A stretch of 64,000 nucleotides of DNA from Bacteroidaceae bacterium (GCA_900772575.1 CAAHEN010000248.1:3346-67345); one strand, 5' to 3'. Positions 51,274 to 61,825 are shown, counted from the first letter of the stretch. The notes: generated by a model not told the origin, from the sequence alone. Program-made: numbers and translations.

Positions 51274-52029
51274 TTATGTCTCTACCAAGCAACCGGCCTT
51301 AAGCAATGCATGCCACAGACTATAGCGCGCTTCCTTGTTGAGGCGTTCCATCGCTGTGGCTACACTGTCTATGGCTGTCCGCTTCGACAAATGCTCGTAA
51401 GGACAAAGCTTCTTCAGCGGCTGATAACGGCGCAACGTAGCCCAGCCGCGCAAATCGCTTTCTCTCACCATGCAAAGGGGGCGTACAATTGTGATGGGGA
51501 ATTTCCGCATCGTCAAGCTGGCAGGCATTGTACTGAACGAGCCGGTAAAAGTCAAGTTCATAAGGGCTGTTCTCAATATGTCGTCTTGATGATGCCCCAA
51601 TGCGATTTTATTGCAACCCAACTCTTGTGCCACCGAGAATAACAGTTTTCGACGGTGCCACGAACAGAGAAAACATGGTGTACGCCGCTCATTTCGGTCT
51701 GGAGTGAAATGAGCTGTACGAATGTGCAGATCCACACCAACGGCATCGGCCATCGCTTTCAAATAGGAAGTATCTGTCTCATAATCAATATTTCCCATTC
51801 TTACATGCAGAGCCGACAGACTGAATTTGCCCCCACTGCGTTGCGCGGCTTCGCCAAGCAACTCGAGCAAGGCCAAAGAGTCTTTTCCACCCGATAACCC
51901 GAGAAGCACACGATCTCCAGTATTGATGAGTTCAAACTGGCGGATACCAGACATCATATTCTTCCGGATATGGCGCTCCAACTTGTATGCAGGTGCCAGT
52001 TTCCGTGCAGTGACAGCCTGTTCCTGCAT
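51274..52029 (-). CDS. ttcA: TtcA-family tRNA 2-thiocytidine biosynthesis protein
   Basis: PP-loop SGGKDS, PCFLCS..RR, IALGHHQDD, VRPL, CPY. Confidence 0.8.
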   Translation of the reverse strand: MQEQAVTARKLAPAYKLERHIRKNMMSGIRQFELINTGDRVLLGLSGGKDSLALLELLGEAAQRSGGKFSLSALHVRMGNIDYETDTSYLKAMADAVGVDLHIRTAHFTPDRNERRTPCFLCSWHRRKLLFSVAQELGCNKIALGHHQDDILRTALMNLTFTGSFSTMPASLTMRKFPITIVRPLCMVRESDLRGWATLRRYQPLKKLCPYEHLSKRTAIDSVATAMERLNKEARYSLWHALLKAGCLVET

Positions 52030-52030
52030 T

Positions 52031-52585
52031 TCAATAGACCTGTTCTTGCGCAAGTGGATCGCCGGTTTCAAAGTGCCGTACACTCAAAAGTCCGTCCTCA
52101 AGTGTGGCGAACGTAGGTGGGTTCCCCCCCTTGGGGAATGTCGGTGAGCCACTATTGCAAATAGCCGGCACAGTGCCGGTCTTGGGCTTTACGGTCCATA
52201 GGTGGGTATGCCCATAGAAGAATACGTCTGCATTCGGTGCAGCAGGCATATTCTGCTCATTGTATATATGGCCATGAGTCAGGAACAAACGATGACGCCC
52301 ATCTGTCACTACAGCATAATCCGAAAGACAAGGGAAAGGGAGAAGCATCTGATCCACTTCACTATCGCAGTTGCCGCGCACTGCCACAATGTCGGCAGCC
52401 CTCGCAGCTAGAGCTTGGGCCACTCCCATGGCATCGAGACCGGCCGGCAATCCGTTTCGGGGACCGTAATTGAGCAGATCCCCAAGCAGCAAGAGCATAT
52501 CGTATTTGCCCTTGTCATAGTAATGAAGCACGTGTTCCAGAACGGGGAGTGAGCCGTGAATATCTGAGAGTATAAGAAAACGCAT
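52031..52585 (-). CDS. yfcE: YfcE-type metallophosphodiesterase
   Basis: SDIHGS, GDLLNYGPRN, VRGNCDSEVDQM, THGH, GHTH, PKGG. Confidence 0.85.
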   Translation of the reverse strand: MRFLILSDIHGSLPVLEHVLHYYDKGKYDMLLLLGDLLNYGPRNGLPAGLDAMGVAQALAARAADIVAVRGNCDSEVDQMLLPFPCLSDYAVVTDGRHRLFLTHGHIYNEQNMPAAPNADVFFYGHTHLWTVKPKTGTVPAICNSGSPTFPKGGNPPTFATLEDGLLSVRHFETGDPLAQEQVY

Positions 52586-52596
52586 AAAGCTATAAA

Positions 52597-53217
52597 TTAA
52601 ATAGTTAATGATGTATGGTGAGGTACTTGGCCTATAGGCATATTCCAGCCATAGACCGTACGATACAGCAGATTTATAAATGACTGACGGCATGAGGCGA
52701 GCGTCTCCGGAACCGTCGTCATTAGATTGAGTGGCAAACATTTGTCCGTCTGACGATATGGCGGCTGCAAGTAGTCGGCTGTATCCAATGTAAACCCATG
52801 GCGTTCATAAAAGCTGATACGCCGCTGTGCGATCAGCGTCTGCGGCGGCTCTACTTCAAGAACCAGTGGAATAGGCATCGCGGTACGCAGCTCATCTAGG
52901 ATACGCCCCCCTATGCCTCCTCCTCGCTGTGATGCATCGATCGCAAAATGCTCAACATAGCAGAAGTTATCCAGGCGCCAGTGGCTGATAAACCCTGCGA
53001 ATCTATCTCCACAAAGAATGGCATCAAGCCTGAAAGCGCCTTTTTCGTCAGCAAGGCGCTCCCATTCTTCAAGGTCACGACGCTCACATAAGGGGAATGC
53101 CGCTTCATAAAGTGCTGCCACGCGATGCCATAATGGAGAGTGGCCGTCGACCGGTCGACGTACGAGCTGATCCTGAATCTCAGTCGTTCTGTTCACTTGG
53201 TTGGGAATGTCTGTCAT
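52597..53217 (-). CDS. GNAT N-acetyltransferase
   Basis: LYEAAFP..ERR, YVEHFAID..QRGGGIG, VLEVEPP, RRISFYER.GF, YLQPPY. Confidence 0.88.
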   Translation of the reverse strand: MTDIPNQVNRTTEIQDQLVRRPVDGHSPLWHRVAALYEAAFPLCERRDLEEWERLADEKGAFRLDAILCGDRFAGFISHWRLDNFCYVEHFAIDASQRGGGIGGRILDELRTAMPIPLVLEVEPPQTLIAQRRISFYERHGFTLDTADYLQPPYRQTDKCLPLNLMTTVPETLASCRQSFINLLYRTVYGWNMPIGQVPHHTSLTI

Positions 53218-53827
53218 CTTGCTCTATGAAATGAAGGGTGAATATCTTGCTGAGTCGCTGTCGCAACTGTGGCTCTTGACTCAAACGCACAGCGACTGTA
53301 ATGACATTGCAGGTTGCTGTATAGTCATGGCTGACGAAGGACGCATTATTGTCTCTGACACAACGCATGGCAGCATCCGCATCGGCATATGGCACACTGA
53401 AACAGAGCTGCGCCGTGATGACTCGTTCTGCCTTCTTGGCCTGAATGAGTGCCTCTGCAGCTGCCGTCTTATACGCTACTGCAAGCCGGCTCGTGCCTAG
53501 CTTCACACCGCCAAAGTAGCGGATGACCACTACGAGTGCATCCGTGACTCCTGCGGCTCGAATCTGTTGGGCAATAGGGCGTCCAGCAGTTCCACTTGGT
53601 TCGCCATCATCATTTTGCCGCGTGCGGTTACCGCCAGGATCCAAGGCATAGGCATAGCAAATATGCCGAGCGTCATAATAGCGACGACGATACTCTGAAA
53701 CGATGCCCTTCACCTGCTGCTCGTCGTCCACATGGTGCGCATATGCGATGAACCGACTCCGGCTTTCAGTGTATTGTGCCTCGCCCATTTCAGCGATAGT
53801 CAGATATGAATCCACAAGGCCTGCCAT
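53180..53827 (-). CDS. yigZ: YigZ/IMPACT family protein
   Basis: SRFIAY, DARH.CYAY, DDGEPSGTAGRP, VIRYFGGVKLG. Confidence 0.9.
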   Translation of the reverse strand: MAGLVDSYLTIAEMGEAQYTESRSRFIAYAHHVDDEQQVKGIVSEYRRRYYDARHICYAYALDPGGNRTRQNDDGEPSGTAGRPIAQQIRAAGVTDALVVVIRYFGGVKLGTSRLAVAYKTAAAEALIQAKKAERVITAQLCFSVPYADADAAMRCVRDNNASFVSHDYTATCNVITVAVRLSQEPQLRQRLSKIFTLHFIEQDDRHSQPSEQND

Positions 53828-53842
53828 GGCGTCATTCTGTGA

Positions 53843-55534
53843 TTAATCCAAGCTGCGATACTTCAGCCTCTTGGGTTCTTCGACACCAAGACGCTTAGCC
53901 TTATTGGCCTCATAATCACTGTATGAGCCTTCAAAATATACCACATTCCCGTCTCCTTCAAAAGAAAGGATGTGGGTACATATACGGTCAAGGAACCAGC
54001 GGTCATGACTGATGACAACAGCACAGCCGGCAAAAGCCTCAAGTCCTTCTTCGAGCGCTCTCAGCGTATTGACATCGATATCATTGGTCGGCTCGTCGAG
54101 CAGGAGTACATTGCCCTCCTCTTTCAATGCCAGAGCAAGATGCAGGCGGTTGCGCTCACCGCCAGAAAGCACACCGCATTTTTTCTCTTGGTCGGCACCA
54201 CTGAAATTGAATTTGCTGATGTAGGCACGGGCGTTGATGTCACGCCCCCCAATACGCAAGAGTTCATTTCCGCCACTAATCACTTCGTAAACAGACTGTT
54301 CTGGATCGATGTCGCTGTGTTGCTGGTCAACATAGGCGAGTTTGACGGTCTCTCCTACTTCAAATGTCCCAGAGTCCGGCTTATCCAGTCCCATGATGAG
54401 GCGGAAGAGCGTCGTCTTTCCAGCCCCGTTCGGTCCAATCACGCCAATGATGCCTCCTTGGGGTAGAGAGAAGTTGAGATCAGAGAAAAGCACTTTATCG
54501 CCATAGGTTTTTGCCACATGCTCGGCATTGATGACCTTGTGTCCAAGCCTAGGCCCATTGGGGATATATATTTCCAGTTGCTGCTCCTTCTCTTTCTGAT
54601 CCTCGTTGAGCATGCGATCGTAGGCCGAGAGGCGGGCCTTCCCCTTTGCCTGACGGGCCTTGGGGGCCATGCGCACCCATTCAAGCTCGCGCTCCAACGT
54701 CTTTCGGCGCTTGCTCGCCACCTTCTCTTCCTGTTCCATACGCTTGGTTTTCTGCTCGAGCCATGAGGAGTAATTTCCCTTCCAAGGAATGCCCTCCCCC
54801 CTGTCCAGTTCCAATATCCATCCTGCCACATCGTCGAGGAAGTAACGGTCGTGGGTTACAGCGATGACAGTTCCTTCATATTGGTTCAAATGCTGTTCGA
54901 GCCAGTCTATACTCTCCGCGTCGAGGTGGTTGGTCGGCTCGTCAAGCAGGAGTACGTCCGGTTTTTGAAGCAGAAGTCGGCAGAGCGCCACGCGCCGACG
55001 CTCACCACCAGACAGGTGTGCGGTCTTTTGGTCGGCCGGCGGCAGGCGTAATGCAGCCATTGCACGTTCGAGCCTACTGTCAAGATTCCAAGCGTCAGTC
55101 GCATCAAGGATGTCTTGCAGTTCTGCCTGACGGGCAAACAAGCGATTCATCTTACTTTCATCCTCATAGTACTCCGGCAGACCGAACTTCAGATTGATAT
55201 CTTCATACTCCTGCAGGGCATCGACTACGGGCTTGACGCCTTCACGAACCACCTCTATGACCGTCTTTTCGGGATCCAGTTGCGGATCCTGCGGCAAATA
55301 CCCCACTGTGTAGCCGGGTGAGAACACCACTTGCCCCTGATAGTCTTGGTCGATTCCGGCAATGATCTTCATCAGCGTCGACTTCCCAGCGCCGTTCAGA
55401 CCTATAATTCCGATCTTGGCTCCATAGAAGAAGGAGAGATAGATGTTCTTTAGAACCTGTTTGTTTGTTTGGCGGATAGTCTTTGAAAGACCCACCATTG
55501 AGAATATGATTTTCTTATCGTCAACCGTAGCCAT
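53843..55534 (-). CDS. ettA: ABC-F translation factor EttA
   Basis: Two ABC domains (GLNGAGKST, GPNGAGKTT), LSFFYGAKIG, ELEWVRM.PKARQAK.KARL linker. Confidence 0.93.
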   Translation of the reverse strand: MATVDDKKIIFSMVGLSKTIRQTNKQVLKNIYLSFFYGAKIGIIGLNGAGKSTLMKIIAGIDQDYQGQVVFSPGYTVGYLPQDPQLDPEKTVIEVVREGVKPVVDALQEYEDINLKFGLPEYYEDESKMNRLFARQAELQDILDATDAWNLDSRLERAMAALRLPPADQKTAHLSGGERRRVALCRLLLQKPDVLLLDEPTNHLDAESIDWLEQHLNQYEGTVIAVTHDRYFLDDVAGWILELDRGEGIPWKGNYSSWLEQKTKRMEQEEKVASKRRKTLERELEWVRMAPKARQAKGKARLSAYDRMLNEDQKEKEQQLEIYIPNGPRLGHKVINAEHVAKTYGDKVLFSDLNFSLPQGGIIGVIGPNGAGKTTLFRLIMGLDKPDSGTFEVGETVKLAYVDQQHSDIDPEQSVYEVISGGNELLRIGGRDINARAYISKFNFSGADQEKKCGVLSGGERNRLHLALALKEEGNVLLLDEPTNDIDVNTLRALEEGLEAFAGCAVVISHDRWFLDRICTHILSFEGDGNVVYFEGSYSDYEANKAKRLGVEEPKRLKYRSLD

Positions 55535-55612
55535 GTGTCTTAATTATATATGTTTATGAGTTGCGGTGATTGAATGAGTTGTGGCAATAATTCGTGTGTA
55601 GCGTGCAGTGAA

Positions 55613-57733
55613 TCATGATGTCGGCCCATTGCGTCTCAGGAGATCCTCCATCACGCGAAGTTCGTCAGCGTCAATGCCCCTTGCGATGAGCAGCTCGCGA
55701 TCTGCCGCAAAGATATCGGCCTCGAGGCTGTCATTGGGAGCTAGCGCAATGAATGTCTTATAGCGTTGCACTGCCTCACGCATGTTTCCGCTCAGCCATG
55801 CGGCATGCCCGGCATTGAGGTAGTCTTCACGTATAGGCGCCGCACCTAGCAAGTGGCTGTAGTATTTCTCGGCATTTTCATCTTGCCCAAGCTGGAGAAA
55901 ACTCCAAGCCATGGCACGCAGGATGCGACTATCATCAGGTCGAAGATAGTAGGCTCGGAAGAGCGATTTCAGGGCCAAGTCAAATTCACGCGTGGCAATA
56001 TAGCATTCTCCACGGCGAAGGGAAACATCCGCCGCTTCAGGCTCCAAGCGCTCCAGCTCAGCATAGGTGGCCTGTGCAGCTGTAAGTTGGCCTACACGGC
56101 GCTGGCAGGCTGCCAATTGCCTGAGTGTCCAGACCGATGACGGCTGCATGAGACTGGCCCGTTCATAGGCCTCGATGGCTTTGGCGTAATCACAGAGGGC
56201 CTGATGGCAATAGCCCATCTTCTGAAACACCTGCGCTGAGGGCTCCATGTGGGCAAACAGGCGCAAGGCTATCGTGTAGTTCTCCATACTGAAACAGGCA
56301 TCTGCCAGTTCTGCAAGGCGGGGCGAGCTGACAATGATGTCGGCCAAGGCAGGATAATCAATCAGTAGCAGATCGCATTTGAAAGGATCCGCGTATCCAT
56401 CACGGCCACGATAGAGCGTGAAGAAGCGATAGAGATCCTGTATATAGCTGCGCAAACTGGCTGTCAGCGTATCACCCTCAGCAGTAGCGCCGTTTCTCAA
56501 GAGATTGCCCAAGTCACCGCCCTCTGCCCCAAGGGCCTCAGCAAGACCTGAGTTCATGAGAGCACCGTTCCAGAGCATCATAAAGCTGAAAGCATATTTA
56601 TCGGTGTCGCAGGTCCTTGAATTGGCTGAAAGAAACTTTTCCACCCCTTCTATACCTTTGAGGTTCACTAAGTCAGGATGGGTGGTGGTGTAAGGCCAGA
56701 ACCAGTTGGTTGCGACATTGAAGAAGCTGAAGCGCTGCTGGAGCTGCTTGAAGAGTCCGAGCGACACGTCGACACCGCGCTTATGCAGTTCGGCCACTTC
56801 CTTCATCTTATCCGACAATCCGTTTGTAGCATTCTCCCATTCTGGATTGCCTGACAGGCGGGTCAGCTCCTCTTGCCAATCTCCCAAACTCAGGCCCTTG
56901 TCCCTAAGTTTAAAATCACGGGCATGCTTCATTACCTCTGGCATGATTTCATTTTCCAGCTTACGCTCCACGCGCTTGGCATCTGGCGCCAAAAGCAGAA
57001 AGGCCTGAAGATCTATCATGGCATTTTGGAGACCAGAACTATAAACGAAGCCAACAAACCGCTCCTGCGGTTCGGCAGCTAGGTCACACGGCGTCGGCCA
57101 ACGCAATAGAACCATCACGACCCCTACCAGTGCACGGGCCTGCAATACTGGCGTCTTCACCACCAACTCAAGGACATCGATAAGGAAAGTAAGCTTGAGG
57201 CTATCAAAATAATGCAGCGTGGCAAGCGTCGTCGCGGAAATGATGAGACATCTCCTGCTATCATCTGCTTCTTCAAAGAGTCTTCGCACGGCTTCCACGT
57301 CAGCGTGCTCCCATATTCCTGACACATGAATTGCGTCAAAGATCACACGAGAACTGATTGTCTGTGTTTCGGCCATGTCACACAACTTCTGCGGCACTTG
57401 CATTCGGCGAAGTGTAGCTGCGGTAAGAGCATAGTCCGTACGCCCCGTCGTCTGGCGGAGCTCGCCCTCACGACGCATACTTTGCCAGACAGTATAGGCC
57501 TGCAAAAGGAAACGCCTGAAAAGAGTCGTGCGCCCCTCATCGGCATAGCCTTGTGCCATATAGTCAAGCAGCCGGTCATAGTCAGTGCGGATGGCGGCCA
57601 AGGCATCAGCCGCTTGGGACGTACCGCTATAGGCCAACATGCCTTCCAACGCAATGAGAGCATCGGCCAAACGGTGTTCATCAAGCGCCAGCCGCGCATC
57701 GTCAGTCAGTATTTTGAAAGTATTGTCATCCAT
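55613..57733 (-). CDS. Tetratricopeptide-repeat protein
   Basis: C-terminal TPR-like helices (FQKMGYCHQ..AIEAYERA, YLNAGH); QDLYRFF.L motif. Confidence 0.8.
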   Translation of the reverse strand: MDDNTFKILTDDARLALDEHRLADALIALEGMLAYSGTSQAADALAAIRTDYDRLLDYMAQGYADEGRTTLFRRFLLQAYTVWQSMRREGELRQTTGRTDYALTAATLRRMQVPQKLCDMAETQTISSRVIFDAIHVSGIWEHADVEAVRRLFEEADDSRRCLIISATTLATLHYFDSLKLTFLIDVLELVVKTPVLQARALVGVVMVLLRWPTPCDLAAEPQERFVGFVYSSGLQNAMIDLQAFLLLAPDAKRVERKLENEIMPEVMKHARDFKLRDKGLSLGDWQEELTRLSGNPEWENATNGLSDKMKEVAELHKRGVDVSLGLFKQLQQRFSFFNVATNWFWPYTTTHPDLVNLKGIEGVEKFLSANSRTCDTDKYAFSFMMLWNGALMNSGLAEALGAEGGDLGNLLRNGATAEGDTLTASLRSYIQDLYRFFTLYRGRDGYADPFKCDLLLIDYPALADIIVSSPRLAELADACFSMENYTIALRLFAHMEPSAQVFQKMGYCHQALCDYAKAIEAYERASLMQPSSVWTLRQLAACQRRVGQLTAAQATYAELERLEPEAADVSLRRGECYIATREFDLALKSLFRAYYLRPDDSRILRAMAWSFLQLGQDENAEKYYSHLLGAAPIREDYLNAGHAAWLSGNMREAVQRYKTFIALAPNDSLEADIFAADRELLIARGIDADELRVMEDLLRRNGPTS

Positions 57734-57744
57734 GGGTTTAGCAG

Positions 57745-58662
57745 TTAATGAACCGAGCTATGCCTTGCCTTTGAACCTGAGCGTACAGTAGGACGGCTGG
57801 CATGTTCGAACTTTGGCCAAGTGAGGCTGTCGACAGCCGCCGGGGTAAGCCCATAAGTGCCGAGCAGTATATCGCGAGCGGCGCCTTTTCCCCGGGCATT
57901 GAGCGAGTCCACAGCCATATCATAGGATTTGAGTAGAGCGTTTGCCTGCACATCTGCCCGTTTGTGTAGTTTACCGACGACCAAGCAGGCCATGACAGGC
58001 TCAGCCGCAGACGTCCACAGCACACGGTGTCCAGCGGCACGGGCCATGCTCGCGTAAGGCTCCGGCAATATAGCAGCATCCAACTGATCCTCATCGAGCA
58101 TGGTTGTACGAAGATGAAGACTGTTGATCTGTGGACGCATGACATTGGCGGGGGGAATACCGGCTACAGCCGCTACCTTCTCTAGCCAATATTGGGCTGC
58201 AGAGACACGTGAGGCGCCAATGGTATGCAGTGCCAGCTGAGGAAGCGACTTAATGCGAAGATGCCCACAAACGACAAGGGAATACTGTCGCGGCAAAGAT
58301 TGCACAGCCTCCAGCTGTTGCCCTTCTCGTGCCATTGCGGCAAGACGCTTTTCATCCGTCACGCCGAAGGCCTGTGTCCGTCCAATGATGGCAGTGTCAC
58401 AGTCACGTTGAGAGTCAAATGACAGGACTCTGACCGTCAGGGAATGACGACTAAAATAGCCACGTTCAGCGGCATAATAGTAAGGTAGGCAATCCATTGT
58501 CGGCAATAATGCCAACGCAACAATGGAGGTGTCGTTGGCTGTGGCAATATGCTGTGCCGGCTGGGAATGCGACTTTTCCGTAGACGACTGGCAGCTTGCC
58601 AACCCCAAAGCCAGTATGATGACAAGGCTGCAAACCAGATGAGACATGATGGCCGTAGGCAT
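57745..58662 (-). CDS. ABC-type substrate-binding lipoprotein (SsuA/THI5-like fold)
   Basis: Lipobox LASC; LPTMDCLPYY.A...G.F, SQ.DCDTA, LDAAILPEP. Confidence 0.75.
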   Translation of the reverse strand: MPTAIMSHLVCSLVIILALGLASCQSSTEKSHSQPAQHIATANDTSIVALALLPTMDCLPYYYAAERGYFSRHSLTVRVLSFDSQRDCDTAIIGRTQAFGVTDEKRLAAMAREGQQLEAVQSLPRQYSLVVCGHLRIKSLPQLALHTIGASRVSAAQYWLEKVAAVAGIPPANVMRPQINSLHLRTTMLDEDQLDAAILPEPYASMARAAGHRVLWTSAAEPVMACLVVGKLHKRADVQANALLKSYDMAVDSLNARGKGAARDILLGTYGLTPAAVDSLTWPKFEHASRPTVRSGSKARHSSVH

Positions 58663-59026
58663 ATAAGAGGTCTTTTTATTATGGGCGCAAAGATACGACA
58701 AAATAAGGTAGGAACAAAGGCTGACAGACTATTCATCTTTGAAACACAGCGTAGCGATTGCGTCCACAAATGTCGATTTCCATTCCTCATAGAGTTCTTG
58801 GCCCATGTGGACGTCGTCTGTTTTACGGACGGCTGTTGCATCGGTTAGAGAATACATGCCCTCCTGCTGCAATGTCCCGATAAAGGCATACGGAGCGCTG
58901 TCCGCATCACAAGCTCAGGCCCGCAGTTCCAACTGAAGACCTCCCATATTTGGCTACATCAGGAAACCAACAGGGAACATTGCCGCTACGCGTATCTGCC
59001 CAAGATACAAAAAACGCCTGTTTTTA

Positions 59027-59058
59027 CTTGGTTCTGTGGCCATCATACTGTAACTTTG
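59027..59058 (+). promoter_or_regulatory. Promoter of purH(N)-mreBCD-mrdA
   Basis: CTTG, 20-nt spacer, TAACTTTG (59051-59058). Confidence 0.7.
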
Positions 59059-59087
59059 CATCCGAAAACTTTTAGCTAAAATACATT

Positions 59088-59684
59088 ATGTCCGGAACCA
59101 AACGCATCAAGACAGCCCTCATCTCTGTCTTTCACAAAGATGGGTTGGAGCAGATTTTGGCCAAGCTCCATGCCGATGGGGTGAAATTTCTCTCAACAGG
59201 GGGAACCCAGCAATTCATAGAATCTCTCGGTTACCCCTGCCATAAGGTAGAGGACATCACCACATACCCTTCCATCCTCGGCGGCCGCGTCAAGACACTC
59301 CATCCCAAAATATTCGGCGGCATTCTGGGACGCCGCGCCCTGGCATCCGATACCCAGCAGATGGCACAGTACGACATTCCTGAAATAGACCTTGTGGTTG
59401 TTGATCTCTATCCTTTTGAGGACACGGTGGCAAGCGGCGCCTCGGCAACCGACATCATTGAAAAAATCGATATCGGCGGTATCTCGCTGATTCGTGCCGG
59501 CGCAAAGAACTTCAACGACGTAGTTATCGTCCCCTCTAAGGCCGAATATCCCCTGTTGCAAAAGATTCTCGACGAGAAAGGAGCACAGACCGATCTTGAT
59601 GAACGCCGCACCTTTGCCACACGCGCTTTCGGCGTCAGCAGCCACTACGACAGTGCCATCCACGCTTGGTTTGAGCAAGCATAA
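59088..59684 (+). CDS. Stand-alone IMP cyclohydrolase (N-terminal MGS-like domain of PurH only)
   Basis: ALISV..K.GL, STGGT, GGRVKTLHP, DLYPF, IEKIDIGGISLIRAGAKN, ending YDSAIHAWFEQA-stop at 198 aa. Confidence 0.9.
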   Translation: MSGTKRIKTALISVFHKDGLEQILAKLHADGVKFLSTGGTQQFIESLGYPCHKVEDITTYPSILGGRVKTLHPKIFGGILGRRALASDTQQMAQYDIPEIDLVVVDLYPFEDTVASGASATDIIEKIDIGGISLIRAGAKNFNDVVIVPSKAEYPLLQKILDEKGAQTDLDERRTFATRAFGVSSHYDSAIHAWFEQA

Positions 59685-59749
59685 CTGAATACGGAGAAGC
59701 CAACGGACTTCCTATACCTTATCCCCAATAAGCACCACACGAAAAATAA

Positions 59750-60790
59750 ATGAGCGCATTCAATATATTCTCTAAGATGTTCTCGTTCACCCAAGAGCTG
59801 GCCATCGACCTCGGCACAGCCAACACCATCATCATCAGCGATGACCAGATCACGGTGAATGAGCCGTCAGTCGTAGCCTTGGACCGACAGTCAGAAAAGA
59901 TGATTGCCGTTGGCGAGCAGGCCAAACTGATGTATGAGAAGACCAACGACAAGATCCGCGTCATCCGTCCACTGCGCGATGGCGTCATAGCCGACTTCAA
60001 TGCTTGCGAGCAGATGATGCGTGGCCTCATCAAAATGGTCCATCGCGGCAAACGTCTCTTCTCGCCTTCACTGCGCATGGTCATCGGCGTCCCCTCCGGT
60101 TCTACTGAAGTGGAACTTCGCGCCGTGCGTGACTCAGCCGAGCATGCCGGTGGCCGTGACATTTACCTGCTGTTCGAACCGATGGCCGCCGCTATCGGCA
60201 TAGGCATAGACGTCAATGCCCCCGAGGGCAACATGGTGGTCGACATCGGTGGTGGCACAACTGAAATCGCAGTCATCTCATTGGGCGGCATCGTCTCCAA
60301 TAACTCCATCAAGATGGCCGGCGACGACTTTACCACAGACATCAAGGACTATATGAGCCGCCAGCACAACGTCAAGGTCAGCGAACGAATGGCCGAGCGC
60401 ATCAAGATTCATGTCGGTGCCGCCCTGACCGATCTGGAGAACCCACCTGAGGATTATGTCGTTCACGGGCCGAACCGCATCACGACCATGCCGATGGAGA
60501 TTCCCGTCTGCTACCAAGAGATCGCACATTGTCTGGAGAAATCAGTGGCGAAAATCGAGCAGGCCATTATCTCCGCCCTTGAAAAGACACCGCCAGAACT
60601 CTACGCCGACATCGTTAAGAACGGCATATACCTTACCGGAGGGGGAGCTCTCTTGCGGGGACTCGACAAACGGCTCACAGACAAAATAAATATTCCGTTC
60701 CATGTGGCTGAAGACCCATTGCTCTGTGTCGCACGTGGCACTGGCAAGGCCCTGAAAAACGTTGACAACTTTACTTTCCTGATGCGTTAA
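59750..60790 (+). CDS. mreB: Rod shape-determining actin homolog
   Basis: IDLGTANT, RPLRDGVIADF, EPMAAAIG, DIGGGTTE, TGGGALL. Confidence 0.97.
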   Translation: MSAFNIFSKMFSFTQELAIDLGTANTIIISDDQITVNEPSVVALDRQSEKMIAVGEQAKLMYEKTNDKIRVIRPLRDGVIADFNACEQMMRGLIKMVHRGKRLFSPSLRMVIGVPSGSTEVELRAVRDSAEHAGGRDIYLLFEPMAAAIGIGIDVNAPEGNMVVDIGGGTTEIAVISLGGIVSNNSIKMAGDDFTTDIKDYMSRQHNVKVSERMAERIKIHVGAALTDLENPPEDYVVHGPNRITTMPMEIPVCYQEIAHCLEKSVAKIEQAIISALEKTPPELYADIVKNGIYLTGGGALLRGLDKRLTDKINIPFHVAEDPLLCVARGTGKALKNVDNFTFLMR

Positions 60791-60907
60791 GCAGCCAGCC
60801 GAACAATGGCCGGCCATCACTCACAGATGACGATTATGTCCCTGCAAGATGAGGGTCTGGCCGCCGATGTAGAAATGTCTACAGGGACATTCGGCTATGT
60901 TTTTCCT

Positions 60908-61771
60908 ATGTACTATCTGCTGGAATTTATCCGTAAAAACCACTATGTGCTGCTCTTCATCGTACTGGAAGTGGCAAGCTTTGTCATGCTCTTCCGCTTC
61001 AACAGTTATCAGGGCAGCGTATGGCTTTCATCGGCTAACAGCGTTGTGGCTGAGGTGAACCGCTGGTATAGTGACGTCGTCTCATATATCGGCCTGCGCG
61101 ACGTCAACCGCCGATTGACAGATGAGAACGTACGGTTACAGATAGAGACCAACCGGCTTCGTCAAGCACTGGCAACCGCGACAGGGAAACCCAGCGAAAC
61201 GGAGATCCTTATACGCGAAAAACTGGCGAATTACAAGCTCATTCCAGCCACCGTCGTTTCCAACGATCTGGCGCACGACAACCACTACTTGGTCATTGAC
61301 CGCGGCACCAACGACGGTGTAAGCCCGGAAATGGGCGTTGTCGGCGGCGGCGGCATTGTCGGTATAGTCTATCTCACAGGCCCCAACTTCTCTCTCGTCA
61401 TCCCCGTGACTAACAAGAAGTCGAGCATCAGTTGCCGCATCCGCCACCAGAACTACTTCGGCTACCTCCAGTGGGAAGGCAGCAACCTGCTCCATGCCTA
61501 TGTGGACGATATCCCCCGCTACGCGCATGTGAAGAAAGGAGAAGTCGTGGAGACTAGCGGCTACTCGTCTGTCTTCCCGCCAGGCATCTTCGTTGGCCGT
61601 ATCACAGAGGTGCGCAATTCTGCAGACGGTCAATCGTATAAGCTAGACGTTACTCTTGGCACAGACTTTGCTCGTCTGCGTGACGTCAACGTCATCGCCA
61701 CACCCTACAAGGCCGAGATCGACACACTGCGCTCCCATGCCGCAGAGGCGGAAAGCAGCATGGGCAACTGA
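60908..61771 (+). CDS. mreC: Rod shape-determining protein MreC
   Basis: TM helix, coiled coil (N..L..EN), IDRG..DGV..EMGV, TSG.S.VFPPGI; synteny. Confidence 0.93.
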   Translation: MYYLLEFIRKNHYVLLFIVLEVASFVMLFRFNSYQGSVWLSSANSVVAEVNRWYSDVVSYIGLRDVNRRLTDENVRLQIETNRLRQALATATGKPSETEILIREKLANYKLIPATVVSNDLAHDNHYLVIDRGTNDGVSPEMGVVGGGGIVGIVYLTGPNFSLVIPVTNKKSSISCRIRHQNYFGYLQWEGSNLLHAYVDDIPRYAHVKKGEVVETSGYSSVFPPGIFVGRITEVRNSADGQSYKLDVTLGTDFARLRDVNVIATPYKAEIDTLRSHAAEAESSMGN

Positions 61772-61825
61772 TTCACACTAATGTCCATACGACGCCAGAC
61801 ACGCTAAGATACGCAACCTTCCACC

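Noticed and set aside
58700..59087. ZMP/ZTP riboswitch ahead of the purH half-gene
   Set aside because: The promoter is only about 30 nt from the start codon and I could not match the aptamer's conserved segments; only a CGTCCACA/TGTGGACG inverted repeat is seen.
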